Assembly (NCBI RefSeq): GCF_035594765.1
Contig: NW_026943820.1
Location: 10,052,647-10,116,646, forward strand
Source: Anolis carolinensis
Lineage: Eukaryota
Length of the DNA: 64,000 bases
Direction of reading: 5' to 3'
The first letter of the stretch is position 1, and each line of letters opens with the position of its first letter. Shown here piece after piece: positions 51,795-64,000 of this stretch. The notes under the pieces were generated by a model, which was not told where the DNA came from, did not search any database, and was given only the letters and a program-made list of their open reading frames with translations. The position numbers and the translations under genes are program-made.

Positions 51795-54175
51795 TAATAG
51801 CAAACCCTAATAGAAATTAACAACTTCCACTGGAAGTTTCTGTAGAGTTATGCCGGAGATCCTAGAATATTCCTAGAAAGGTATCTTATAGAGGAATTTT
51901 CTAGCTCTTCCAGGGTGACTCTATGGTAAATTCTTGGGAGCGGGGAGGCACATGATAGTATGAGCCTTCTACTAGCATCAAGTCTTTGGAGTTGGAAAAA
52001 GTATTGAAGAAAGTCAGAACAGAAAATGCAAATGCACGTATATAGTTGAACATTAAGGAAACAAAAAGCATGAATACATATGAACTAATTAAATTTAAAT
52101 TAGATGATGAAAATATTGCCATCGTTCATACCTTGGTTAAGTCATTTATCAGATTGACAATCACATCACAAAGGGTTAAAATTGGCGGCATGTGCCGGTT
52201 TAGCCCTGTCAGGCTCCGTGGGTGAAGGAGGGCCGCCACAGCAATGCAGGAGGCTTCCTGTGTTGCTGTTAGAATCAATGGGTGGAAGCCACATGCTCCA
52301 TGCATGCTCCACACTTCCCCCCATGGGATCAGGGACATCAAAAGTGGGGCGATGCGTGGTGTGGGATGCCGGGTTCACCATGCCCCCCGGCAATGCAAGA
52401 TGACGACTTCGGTAGCCATGTGACAAGGTCATGAGACTACAGTCAAGAAATTAGAAGAAGACTGAGAGTTGGAAGGGCAGCTGTGAAGAAACTAGACAAG
52501 ATACTTCAGTTTATTATCTGTCGTTAGGACGGGAGAATCTGTGAATTGGGCAAACAAGGTCTCAAGTGTGGAATAAAATGGTTGGAAATGAAAGTATTTT
52601 GATTTTCAGGATGATGTCTTCGTTTCCTGTCTCTTTAATCCTTTACCATGATGGATGGGCCAAAGCAAGCAATAATGTCTAGGTTGTTGTGTAACAACAA
52701 AGGTATTCCTCAAGCAAGTTATTGTTGATGAAGAAGAGTGATTCCTTTGTTTTGTGGAATGTGTCTCTGTTTGGCCTCTGTAACTCACGGCTTTGCAATT
52801 TTCTACCAATTGCATAATAGATCAATGCTTCATTGTTTTTTGTGCTCCTGGAGCACTTCAATATTTTGCTTTTGGGGCTATCTGAGTCAAGGAACTAAGG
52901 GAAAACTTTCCTCTCTGAAAGTTTATTTTCCATAACAGAAAGTAGATATTGTGAACCATAAACAGGTATTTCCGTGATAGTACAATATTCACTGAGAGGC
53001 AGTGTGGTGTAGTGGTTTAAATGTTAGGTGGCAAGTCTGGAAACCGGGGTTCAAATTTTGGACTAGAAAAAAAATACATTGATATCGACTAGATTGAGGT
53101 CCTGTTTAGCTTGCTACCTATTTCTCCTGTCTCTTTTCATGGGTTGGAAGTCCTTGGATATTCTTCAGTGGTATGATTTCCAATGTTTTCTCGTATGTGG
53201 TGGCTGGTTCAAACATGTAACACTGGGTTATACTGTTTTATTTGCCAGCCACTGTTTTTAATACTTCTGTTGTCTCTTTTGGCTTGTTTTTTGTACGCAT
53301 TATTGGTTTTCTATCATTTTCTTATTGTTAGCCACTTTGTTTTCTTTTTGATGGTAAAGGATATGAACTTCTTTAAATAAACAGGGCACGATTATGGTTT
53401 CCTATTATGAGAAAGCACCATGGTGTGCTTTGGATTGGTACCTTCCTTCTTCTGACTTTTTACCACTTTCATGTTCAAGAGGAAGAGATAGAAATCTTCA
53501 ATTTTCTGTTTTGAACCAACCACAGCTTCTTGGCATTAGAAGAAAAAAGAAGGAAGGAGACTTGTGGCATCTTTAACCATCTTATTTCAGAAGCAAGGGC
53601 TCAAGCTTACCAGAATAAGTCCATTTGCGGGCTGTGGCACAGCTTGGGAGGAATGGGAGAACTACCAGGTTTTCTCCAGGAAGGGTTGTCTCCTTCCAGT
53701 AAACCCACATTCAGTTTCTTAAATTTTGGAGAAAGTAACCAATGATATGCTGAAGGTAGCAGGGACTTAGTTCTGTTGGTCCTTCAAAGTAAAGGCTTCA
53801 ATTAGGTCCAATAGGAAGCTGTTTAAACAGCTTGGCTGTGACTCAACCATTACTTTGTTTATACTGTCAACCTTCTACATCCTCTGGGTTTAGGGGCACA
53901 GGATGAGAAAACATAATTAAAAATGCTTTGAGACAACATGTGTCTCAGAATGTATAGATCTTTCAGCATGACTCTTTGGTCAACTTGTGCTGGAAGTTAA
54001 CCATATAACCATATTGGAGGACCTAGAGATTCCCAGAGAGAAAGCTCCAGGTTGTCCAGCTTGACTGGAGGAGTCACATTGGAGGATCTAGAGATTCCTA
54101 GAAATAACATTTTCAGTCATATCTGTGAACAATTACACTAATAAAAGAAGTGTTGGGGGATGGCTGTATGGATAA

Positions 54176-54950
54176 GTTCAACAGGGACAAATGCAAGATA
54201 CTTCACTTCGGCAGAAAAAATGGAATGCAAAGATACAGAATGTGGGACACCTGGCTAGACAGCAGTACATGTGAAAAAGATCTTGGAGTCCTTGTGGACA
54301 ACAAGTTAAACATGAGCCAGCAATGTGATGCGGCAGCTAAAAAAGCCAACGGGATTCTGGCCTGCATCAATAGGGGAATAGCGTCTAGATCCAGGGAAGT
54401 CATGCTCCCCCTCTATTCTGCCTTGGTCAGACCACACCTGGAATCACACTGTGTCCAATTCTGGGCACCACAGTTGAAGGGAGATGTTGACAAGCTAGAA
54501 AGCGTCCAGAGGAGGGCAACTAAAATGATCAAAGGTCTGGAGAACAAGCCCTGTGAGGAGAGGCTTAAAGAACTGGGCATGTTTAGCCTGCAGAAGAGAA
54601 GGCTGAGAAGAGACATGATAGCCATGTACAAATATGTGAGGGGAAGTCATAGGGAGGAGGGAGCAAGCTTGTTTTCTGCTGCCCTGGAGACTAGGACATG
54701 GAACAATGGCTTCAAACTACAGGAAAGGAGATTCCACCTGAACATTAGGAAGAACTTCCTCACTGTGAGAGCTGTTCGGCAGTGGAACTCTCTCCCCTGG
54801 ACTGTGGTGGAGGCTCCTTCTTTGGAGGCTTTTAAACAGAGGCTGGATGGCCATCTGTCGGGGGTGCTTTGAATGCGATTTCCTGCTTCTTGGCAGGGGG
54901 TTGGACTGGATGGCCCATGAGGTCTCTTCCAACTCTATTCTATGATTCTA
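54176..54950 (+). mobile_element. CR1 LINE 3' fragment with an intact ORF2 C-terminal frame (young insertion)
   Basis: FNRDKCKILHFG..EKDLGVLVD..LYSALVRPHLE..LESVQRRATKMI; attctatg tail. Confidence 0.95.
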
Positions 54951-56358
54951 TAATGTGTCAATTAAACTTTTTGGTCAACTTCTGTTGGAAGTTGATGACA
55001 GAATCACAGTGGAGGATCTGAAGATTCCTAGATAGATTATTCCCCTAAACATCTCTAGGTCCTCCAGTGTGTCTTTATGGTCATCTGCCAGAGAAAGCTG
55101 ATCCTAGTTTCACTGGAAGATCTGAAGATTCCTAAAGATTATTCAAAACTGTGAATAGTCACATCCAGAAAAATCAACCCGACAAATGTGGAGGACCAAC
55201 TCTACTTGGGTCACTTCTGAAGATACTCTATTCTGTTTCAAGTTGGAGATGCTCTGGAAGGGGATAAGATCAAGTTTTGAGGAGATTGGGTTCTAAGAGC
55301 TCCTTGTAGTTCTTATTGAGTAAACTTCTTTAGTAACTTTTGGAGTGAAGGCAAAACAGATCAAGGACATAGGACTAACCCCACTTCAGGAACCTATTGG
55401 CATTTTGCAATTGCCATCTCATGGTTTCCTTCTTTGACAGTCAAGTTGAGGCAGGTTTGGACTTATCAGGTACAGATTGAGTGTCCTTAATTCGAAATAT
55501 GTGGGCCAGAATTGTTTCACACAAAGCTATTAAAATATTGAGTATAAAATTGCTGTTAATCTCTGTGTATAAAGTGTATATGAAACTCCAATGAATTCTG
55601 TGTTTAGACCTGAGTCCTATCTCCAGGATATGCCATAATGTATGCAAATATTCCAAAACCCAAAATAAGAAGCTCTTCTGGTTCCAAACATTCGGGATAC
55701 GGGATGTTCAGCTTGGACCAAATGTTTGATGATACGATTAAAAAGAAAGTAGAAAAGAATCAATAATAAATGACATCTTCCCGCCCCACTTTATAAACTG
55801 TGAATTTATCCACACGCAGCTAGATTTGTGGCATCCCACAGTCTTTCCTCCCAGTGAAAGCAAAAACGGGGGAATATTTCACATTTGGCTTCACAGCATA
55901 AAATGTCAAGAGGCAGCCATTTTGTAACCGCCTGTGAAGATGTTCAGCTCCTATGTAATGGGCATGACAGCTACAGTATGTGGAATTTAATGCTCTGGCT
56001 ATTTATTGATCTTCTTTTTAGCCGATGGTGTGGGTACCAGCGTAAGCACTTAGCACCTGGTCTTAGTGCTAATGCATGATCTTTAGAGCGGTCATCAAGG
56101 ACAGCTTTGCAAAACCGCTCTTGGCAACAATTAGGCGGCTTTTAAAAATGCCCCAGGAATTTACAGCCCATGATTTATTTCCTTAAGGATTGCGTGATTC
56201 TAGGGATTTTTAAAGATTCATTTATTAAAAACTCAGTACAGATTGTCATCACTTTTCCGAAACACTTAGGACAAGGACCATTCCATATTTTGGATTCTCA
56301 CCTTCCCAGATTTTGGAATATTTGCATATGCATAATGAGACACCAGGCGCATCTATGC

Positions 56359-56492
56359 CAGGCATGGGCAAACTTTGGCCCTCCAGGTGTTTTGGACTTC
56401 AACTCCCACAATTCCTAACAGCCTACCGACTGTTAGGAATTGTGGGAGCTGAAGTCCAAAACACCTGGAGGGCCAAAGTTTGTCCATGCCTG
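56359..56492. mobile_element. hAT-type MITE (caggcatgggcaaa family)
   Basis: Exact TSD atctatgc. Confidence 0.9.
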
Positions 56493-56717
56493 ATCTATGC
56501 TGTAAAATCGATGCAGTTTGCATTGATTCTGCAGTATAGGCTTACTCATCTTGGAGATAGGAAGCCAGTTTAAACACAAAATTCATGTTTGTTTCATATT
56601 GGGATAGTGGTTTCTGTACAAGAGGCCATTTCACATAACTGTAGCACAGTGATCTCCCTTTCACTGTCATGTTAACGTCATATGGCCTCCAACTAGATGT
56701 ATACTATTCTACATTTA

Positions 56718-57063
56718 TATTGTCTGTTTTGATAAGGCCAATCGGCTGCTCAACAAAATTGTTTTAACTTCATATGGAATCACAGGATTTGTAGTTTAAA
56801 GAGAGGCATTTAGAATTCTCAGACAGAGAGCTCTAGTGCCTCTCCGTACAACAAACCTAAGGAAGCCGTAGGATCCAGCCCTGGTATGTAAAGCGGAATT
56901 ATTGTCTGTTTTGATAAGGCCAATTGGCTACTCAATAAAATGGTTTTGTTTAACTTCATATGGAATCATAGGATTTGTAGTTTAGGGTGAAGTGCTTAGA
57001 ATACTTGGACAGAGAGCTCTAGTGCCTCTCCAAACAACAAACCTTAGGAACCCGTAGGATCCA
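56718..57063. repeat. Diverged tandem duplication, period ~182 bp
   Basis: tattgtctgttttgataaggccaat...gtaggatcca at 56718 and again at 56900. Confidence 0.85.
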
Positions 57064-57093
57064 AAGTGGAATTTTAGTGCTGCAATTGTGCTG

Positions 57094-57383
57094 TGGTGGC
57101 ACAGTGGATTAAACCCTTGTGCTGGCAGGACTGATTAATTGAAGGTTGGGTTGCTGACCTGAAGGTTGCGGGTTTGAATCCAACTCTGGGAGAACATGGA
57201 TGAGCTCCCTCTGTCAGCTCCAGCTCCACGCGGGGACATGAGAGAAGCCTCTTACAAGGATGCTAAAAATATCAAAACATCCCGGCAACATCCCCTTGGC
57301 AACGTCCTTGGAGACAGCCAATTCTCTCACACCAGAAGTGACTTGCAGTTTCTCAAGTTGCTCCTGACACACAAAAAAAAAAA
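57094..57383 (+). mobile_element. SINE family B
   Basis: A tail, TSD aattgtgc. Confidence 0.82.
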
Positions 57384-59328
57384 ATTGTGCAGTGTGAAAG
57401 TCTCTTGGTATATAAGCTACTTGGTAATAATAATGGGGTGACAGCCAAAAAAATCTGTCTTTCAGTAGTTTTGGTTTCTTTTCGTTTCTTGGTATTTCTT
57501 TTCCTACAAGGGTTTCTTGTTTCCCTGTCAGTGGAAGACAAATTCAAATAACATCAGTCGGGGATTTGAAGCCAGCTCCTGTTTTCAATCGTCTCTACCC
57601 CTGAACTCTGACTGTCAGTGGAGGCACTGTTTAGAATAGTTTTACATTAGTGAAAGGGCTCATCACACTTTTTTGTTGTTGCCAAAAGTCAACTTTCTTT
57701 TGAGCATTAATCTTTGAGCCCGGGCTCAATCGCTTTAATAATTTCAATATGTCAGGATTCACTTGACAGAATGCAATCGGCACATACCCGTCGGTCCCCA
57801 CCCGCTTCTGTTCCCCCTCGAAGCTTAAGAGCGGAATTATTTCAAAGGATAAACGGTCTCCTCCATGCGCCAGGCATACCAGTGTGCCGATTAGAATTTG
57901 TGAACTTGTTGGATGATTTATGATGATAGATGAAGGGGATTCTTTTTGGGTGACCTCTGCCTTTTTGTATTAAATATGAGTATTTGGAGAAGGGAGGAGA
58001 GTGTCTCATTTTGCAATACAGTACAACCCCCGTATCTGCAGGGGATACAGTCATGGACTTTGCATGGATACGTGAAACGGTGCATTGTAGTGAACCCTAT
58101 TGAAGTGAAGGGTTGAATACCGTAAAGTTGCACTGGAGGACCTAGAAAAGGCCGATTTTGTCTGATGTGGATAAATGAAACCGTGGATACTGATTCTGTA
58201 CATATAGTATCATACTGTGTATACCTATTAAAAGTGTGTGTCTCTGTGTCTTACCAGTGAGGTCAATATATTGTCTGAGGATATGGAAAAGTACATCTAC
58301 ACTGTAGAATTAATGCAGTTTGATGTCACCTTAACTACCATGGTTCAATGCTATGGAATTATGGGAGTTGGAATTTGCCAAAGTCTTTTGCTTTCTCAGC
58401 CAAATAGTGCTGGTTTTTCAAATAATAATAATAACAACAACAACAACAACAACTTTATTTTGATACCCCGCCTCCATCTTGGGGCTCCGGACTTAGGGCG
58501 GCTTACATGGGGCCATGCCCAGGTGGATACAAACAATATAAACACAACAATAAGAACAAAACAATAAGACATATTTGAAATCACATTTGCAATAAAACAT
58601 AGTTAGATAAAAACCTGGGTAGGCTCCTAAAAATGAACTGGGCCAGAGAAAGTGTATATAATGAAGAATGTAAACTAGGGGAGAGGTAAATATCTGGAAC
58701 TATTATCATGATAAGGGGCTTGGGAAGGTGTAAACATAACTTTGCACAGTTAAAGTAGTGTCAAACTGCAGTAATTCTACAGTGTAGATGCACCCTCCAT
58801 CATGGTACTCTAGTTGTAGCATTCCTTCCCCACAGAGGCCTGATGGGTGCTAACACTTACTTCCTTAGATAGTAGGTAAAAATGTCTTTAGATTTCACTC
58901 ATTTATCTCAAAATTCTTAATGTGCACAGGTTTAACACACTTCTGATCTTTTAATTGTTTTAAATTGTTAGTAATATTAAATATATTTTAGTCCATTTAA
59001 ATTACTGCTTTGTTTTAAATTGTTTGAACAATAGGTCCGTTTTTATCACCACCAGTCTTAATTGATTGCTGCCCTAATCCCCAGCACTTAAATTTTTATT
59101 CCTAATTTTATTACCTTGTGTTTTTGCACATGCCTACCTTCCCTTGCAATTTTTAATAGTTCCACCTTTTGTCCTGACACCCGCTGATGTATTTTAGGAA
59201 TGTTTATTTTATTGTTTTAATTATATATGTTGTTATTGTGCTCTTTTTTAATCTGTTGATTCTTGGGCTCAGTCCCCATGTGAACAGCTCCGAGTCCTCT
59301 CGGGGAGATTAAGGCGGGTTATAAATAA

Positions 59329-59382
<54 letters not shown>

Positions 59383-59388
59383 TTATTA

Positions 59389-59690
59389 TGACACAGCAAA
59401 CAAGATAGATATGCTGGATTTCGTATCAAAAAATCACAAGTCGAACACTTCCCAAGTGTCTAGGACTGTGTGATGTATTTTTGGATGATGCGCGCAGATT
59501 CCAGTAGGGTGGCCTTTTGCAGTTGGCAGATCGTAATTTTGTCAATGTCTATTGTTTCCAAATGCTGGCTGAGATCTTTTGGCAAGGCACCCAATGTGCC
59601 GATTACCACCGGGACCACCTGCACTGGTTTCTGCCAGAGTCTTTGAAGTTCAATTTTGAAGTCCTGATAGCGGCTGAGTTTTTCCTGTTG
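59389..59690 (-). mobile_element. R4/Dong-clade non-LTR retrotransposon 3' end inserted in a (TAA)n tract
   Basis: Minus frame EKLSRYQDFKIELQRLWQKPVQVVPVVIGTLGALPKDLSQHL...LQKATLLESARIIQKYITQS* (restriction-like endonuclease C-terminus); (TTA)n on both sides. Confidence 0.85.
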
Positions 59691-59921
59691 ATTATTATTA
59701 TTATTATTTGTATTAGGTTGTGTGGGTGTGGTATTTTTTTTGCTTATTTGTTATCCAATAATTTTTTTATACAGAATGTGACAGAAATATGTTAATAAAT
59801 AAAATACTTGTTTGCATTATATAATTGTAATACTTGCAATGACAGAAAATATGGATGTCATCAGAAGCTTGCGGAGGATTGCCATTTCGTCCCTCAGCAG
59901 TATATCCTAAAGCACCTGATC

Positions 59922-60006
59922 TTCATTGGAGGTCTTTCTCCCAAGTACTAACCAAGGCTGACCTTGCTTACCTTCCCAGATCAAATGGGATCTGGTGCTT
60001 TTAGCG
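59922..60006 (-). pseudogene. 5S rRNA-derived sequence (pseudogene or SINE3 head)
   Basis: Minus strand gatcccatttgatctgggaaggtaagcaaggtcagccttggttagtacttggg aligns by eye to 5S boxes A and C. Confidence 0.7.
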
Positions 60007-61095
60007 TTTAGTTTACATCTTCTTTGTTGCTAGACATGCAGTACATGAACGTTAGGAAAGGGTATGGCGAGAGAGCTCAGCTTTCACGAGGACAGCATCA
60101 CAATACAAAAAGTTTGCGTATGGATGTATATGGTGCAGGAACATGACCTCCCATGGTCACTGGAAGCTCTGGAACATTTCCTCTATTGCACCATTGAATA
60201 TCAAGTGGCACCACTGAATATCAAGTGGGGTTAAGAAGACATTTAGCTGTGGGCATCAAGTGCTCATCCTGAAAATAAGTAGATGCCAGTTCAGAGACGT
60301 TCATAGTTATACCAGAAGTTAATTTGATTGGGTCTTCTTTGCTAGGGCAAGAGACCCTGTACCCAGCAAAGAGAGGCCACGTTTGAATGATTTATCATTT
60401 TTAAGCTTCCTGTTATAATTATTTCATGAGCTAAATCAGATATAACAGATCGTTTGATTTGCTCGGCTATGAGATTGGCCATCTCATTTCATTAGGGGCT
60501 ACTGTCGTGAATGTGTATAGGACGTGTGTTAAAACAACGTCCCCCCTTTCGTTTAAAACCAGCAATTAGGAGACCTTTAGCATTTTGGGGGTATGGTTCT
60601 GTGAAAGGATGGCGCTAATGAAGACATTTTTCACTTGCAGCGGAGGTGCTGTAATGCATACATTAACTCTTGGCTCCGATGCGTTGGCCAAGCAAATTGT
60701 TCATATGCATGATTAGCTGGTCTCTTACTCTGTGTGTCTTGATGGAAACCAGAAAAGTGAACCACTTGTGTTATGAGAGGAGGGAAATTGAAATTTACTA
60801 CTCAGAGCCAAGTTGTACCCGTAGAAGGAAAGTGTGTTGTGAAAGGGCTGCTAATACTGATGTTTGTAGGCTTCTTAGCAACATATCTGCCAAATGATGA
60901 GAGTATGTTTTGGAATGCCTTTGACAGTTTTGCTTCATTTCTTCATCCCGTGCATTCATTCTAAACCATTTCTTTTTGATAGGCATGGGAGTTTCTCCTC
61001 CTGTCCCCAATATCTGATATTCAGTAGGACTACTATATCCAGTAGGGATATGTTCTCAGACTTCACTTGGATACATGAAACCAAAGATAATAGTA

Positions 61096-61222
61096 TGTGT
61101 TGTTAAAGGCTTTCATGGCCAGGATTACAGGGTTGTTGTGTGTTTTCCAGGCTATATGGGCATATTCCAGGAGAGAATACTTCTGGAACATGGCCATATA
61201 GCCTGGAAAACACACAACAAAC
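61096..61222. mobile_element. Short Penelope terminal fragment with inverted structure
   Basis: tgtgttgttaaaggctttcatggcc end, internal inversion, 15-bp TSD ccaaagataatagta. Confidence 0.75.
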
Positions 61223-62903
61223 CCAAAGATAATAGTAACCCTATTGAAATGGAGGATGTCTGGTTCAAAAATGCCTTAGCTTTCCTGAATTAATCAGTCC
61301 ACTTGTAGTGTGGCCTCCCTCTTTTTCTACTGCCTTCCACTTTACTGAACAATATCATCTTTTCCTTGGAATCACATAATCTCATATGTCCAAAGTTTGA
61401 CAGCCTCAATTGTCATCTTTGCTTCTAGTTGGAATCTGTAGAGGATACATTCTTAGGACGTAAATGTGTTTAACCCTATTGACTTGTCATAACCACCTTC
61501 CATCTGGGAATCTATGTCCTCAATGTGAAAGACCATATGAATCCAGAATTGGCCTTACCTGTTCTAACAGTTATTGAAGAACATGAGATGGAAGTTACAT
61601 GTCCTACTAGAGGAGTTCCAACAGACTATGGTTGGAATAATATGTCAGCTTTTGGTCTAATTCAGTATGGTTGATGTTATTTTCTAATGTGAGAATTGAC
61701 ACCAGAATTGGTACAACTCAAGATCAGAAGTCATTGCTGATTTATAGTGTTGTTATTTCTAAAACAGAGTAAACTAAAGGCACATTAGCATTTAGCCTGA
61801 CACTTATAGACCATTGTAAGAAGACTCAATTGATGATGTATTTAGCTTGCAAGCCTCGGTGCATCTGAATATGCAGACTAGTTATGCTCCTGTTAGCATG
61901 ATTGACTTTCCATCAGACAAGCCAGTGCAAGTACATTTTCAATAGTTACAGAACAGAGAGGGTAAACTAGGAGGACACAAAATACACATGCTGCAATAAT
62001 AGCAAACACCAACTGACAAAATTACACTCGAAGTTCATTACAGTAATCATTTGTCGTGCCAAGAAGCGATTGGGGTGGAATACAAGCTTGTTAACATTTG
62101 GGATCTCTCTGGTGTAAAGGTAAATAACACATGAGTGCAATGTCTCCCACCTGAAATATTTGCTTAATATTTTTTGAATTGTTGAAGTGCTTCATCTCTA
62201 ATCAACCATGGAGAGTGTGATATGGGAACAGTATACCTGTATGAAGTTTTGCACAGACTGCACAAAGGCAGTCTACCATGTACTTAGGTTCGAACAAGAA
62301 GGAGACATGCCGCTGCTGAGAGCTCTGGAGAGTTCTCGACAGCTGTGTCTCTCTGCCTTGGCCTTGCTCCCAAGGGGCTGTGTTTGGCCATGGGCTTGGG
62401 TTTGCCCATGCCTGATTTAGAGTCACAGACATACTTTGTTTACAGATACATCTAGAAATAGCATCTAAGATAGATAATCTTGGAAATATCAGCCAAGTGG
62501 AGATGACACTGAATCAAATAGAAAGTTGACCATCAAATGGTTTCATATGTATTATCTGACAACAGTTTGTGTCCACCTTCTGAAGAAGGACTCTGGGTGA
62601 CTTAAAATATTGGCCAGGATCCTTTGGGTGACATACAGTTATACTTGTGTGAGTATTTTCTGGGTTATTGTGCAAAGAGATCTCTAATCCATAGGTACTC
62701 AAAGTGGGGGAAAGTATGGTTTAGTAGTTTGAGTGTTGGACTCAGAAGACTAGAGTTTGATTCCCCACTTGGCCATGGAAACACACTCTCAGCTCCAGAA
62801 AACCCTCACCTTAGGGATGTCACAAGTTGAAAATAATTTAAAGGCACACAACAACAACAACAACAACAACAATGACAACAACAACAACAATGACAACAAC
62901 AAC

Positions 62904-63368
62904 GCCGGGCTGTGGCGCAGCTGGCTAGTAACCAGCTGCAATAAATAACTACTGACCGAGAGGTCATGAGTTCGAAGCCCGGGTCAGGTTAAGCCCCCGA
63001 CCATTAAATAGCCCGGCTTGCTGTTGACCTATGCAGCCCCGAAAGACAGTTGCATCTGTCAAGTAGGGAAATTTAGGTATGCTTTATGTGGGAGGCTAAT
63101 TTAACTAATTTACAACATCATAAAAACTGCCAGCAAAACACGAACAAAGGAATGAGGAAGTACAGCCACTAGTGGACAGTGAAGCAACAGCTCCCCCTGT
63201 GGCCGGAATCGTGAAGCAGGAAAAAAAAAGTTAAATGCCTCTGTGTCTGTCTATATATGTTGTTTGTCTGTTGGCATTGAATGTTTGCCACATATGTGTT
63301 CATTGTAATTCGCCCTGAGTCCCCTTCGGGGTGAGAAGGGCGGAATATAAATACTGTAAATAAATAAA
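62904..63368 (+). mobile_element. Anolis SINE2-like element (tRNA head, L2-derived tail)
   Basis: A-box tggcgcagctgg, B-box gagttcgaagcc, 3' gagtccccttcgggg stem-loop plus (TAAA)n; inserted in an (AAC)n tract. Confidence 0.8.
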
Positions 63369-63781
63369 CAACATCTCCAAGTGCTCAGTGATTTTATTTC
63401 CACCAATGGTCCTATTGAACTGAGACAATTATTTGTGTTGTTATTATTAATTCCTTTATAGATCTTGGAAGTAACACTAACTCATCAAAATAACGTAATG
63501 AGTTTCTTGCAGTTCAGTGCCTTTTTGCATTGACAAAGATATACATGAATTATATTGTTATCATATACAATAGGATCATTACAAAGGGATCATTTTGTTT
63601 AATTTTGCAGAATCATTGGAAGTTTAAAACCAGTTTTATGAGGATGGGTGTGGCATCACCAAAGAGCGTTGGAAGAGTTAAACATAATCCAAATATTCCT
63701 CGTGTCTGGGTCAATAGGGGGAGAGAATCTTTCCTCCCAGAAATTTTTGAATTTAAGGTGCTTTACAAATTGTACCTCCAT

Positions 63782-63957
63782 TGTGTTGTCAAAGGCTTTC
63801 ATGGCCAGAATCATAGGGTTGCTGTGCGTTTTCCAGGCTGTATGGCCATGTTCCAGAAGCATTATTTCCTGATGTTTCACCCACATCTTCGGCAGGCATC
63901 CATAGAAGTTGTGAGGTATATTGGAAAAATTAAGCAAGGAAGGATTATATATCTCCA
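63782..63957 (-). mobile_element. Penelope terminal-repeat fragment
   Basis: Reverse complement similar to 11280-11420. Confidence 0.75.
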
Positions 63958-64000
63958 CTAGCTGTGCCCGGCCACGCGTTGCTGTGGCAAAGTACGGTGG
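63958..64000 (-). mobile_element. 3' end of a second copy of the composite Helitron (runs off the window)
   Basis: a|ctagctgtgcccggccacgcgttgctgtggc is identical to 29639-29669. Confidence 0.85.

Noticed and set aside
54150-54872. 240-aa ORF as a host gene
   Set aside because: It is the CR1 ORF2 C-terminus of a 5'-truncated insertion lacking the RT core
62904-62990. tRNA gene
   Set aside because: The A and B boxes belong to a SINE head; there is no cloverleaf and the sequence continues into SINE body
13813-64000. FTO exon 2 (LLEEL...LPYLTPKDDEFYQQ-like)
   Set aside because: Not found by eye or in the ORF track; probably beyond the window, although a short exon could have been missed

Overview
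Vertebrate, not prokaryotic, genomic DNA. The repeat content (Sauria SINE, Anolis SINE2-like, CR1, L2, Penelope, R4/Dong, Helitron, Tc1/mariner, hAT and Harbinger MITEs) points to a squamate, most likely an Anolis lizard. The window spans the head-to-head RPGRIP1L/FTO locus. RPGRIP1L is on the minus strand: a probable non-coding exon 1 near 13.45 kb plus five frame-compatible coding exons from 10001 down to 2667, continuing beyond the window start. A short CpG-rich bidirectional promoter lies at about 13.45-13.77 kb. FTO exon 1 (13771-13812, MKRKGRGEREKEAK) is on the plus strand. I did not find FTO exon 2, so the remaining ~50 kb appears to be FTO intron 1, which in other vertebrates belongs to the IRX3/IRX5 regulatory block. 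The intron alternates dense transposon clusters with repeat-free blocks that look like conserved enhancers. The most notable observations are: a perfect 68-bp tandem duplication of an RPGRIP1L exon end and its splice donor; a complete ~2 kb composite non-autonomous Helitron carrying a SINE, nested MITEs and a perfect RFX palindrome; an inverted MITE pair just after FTO exon 1; and two CpG-retaining, ORF-like blocks (26 kb and 37.5 kb) plus splice-flanked antisense segments that might be relics of a nested antisense gene. No novel system is proven from sequence alone. There are two assembly gaps (6001-6191, 17047-17202). Repeat family names come from my recognition of the sequence, not from a database search.
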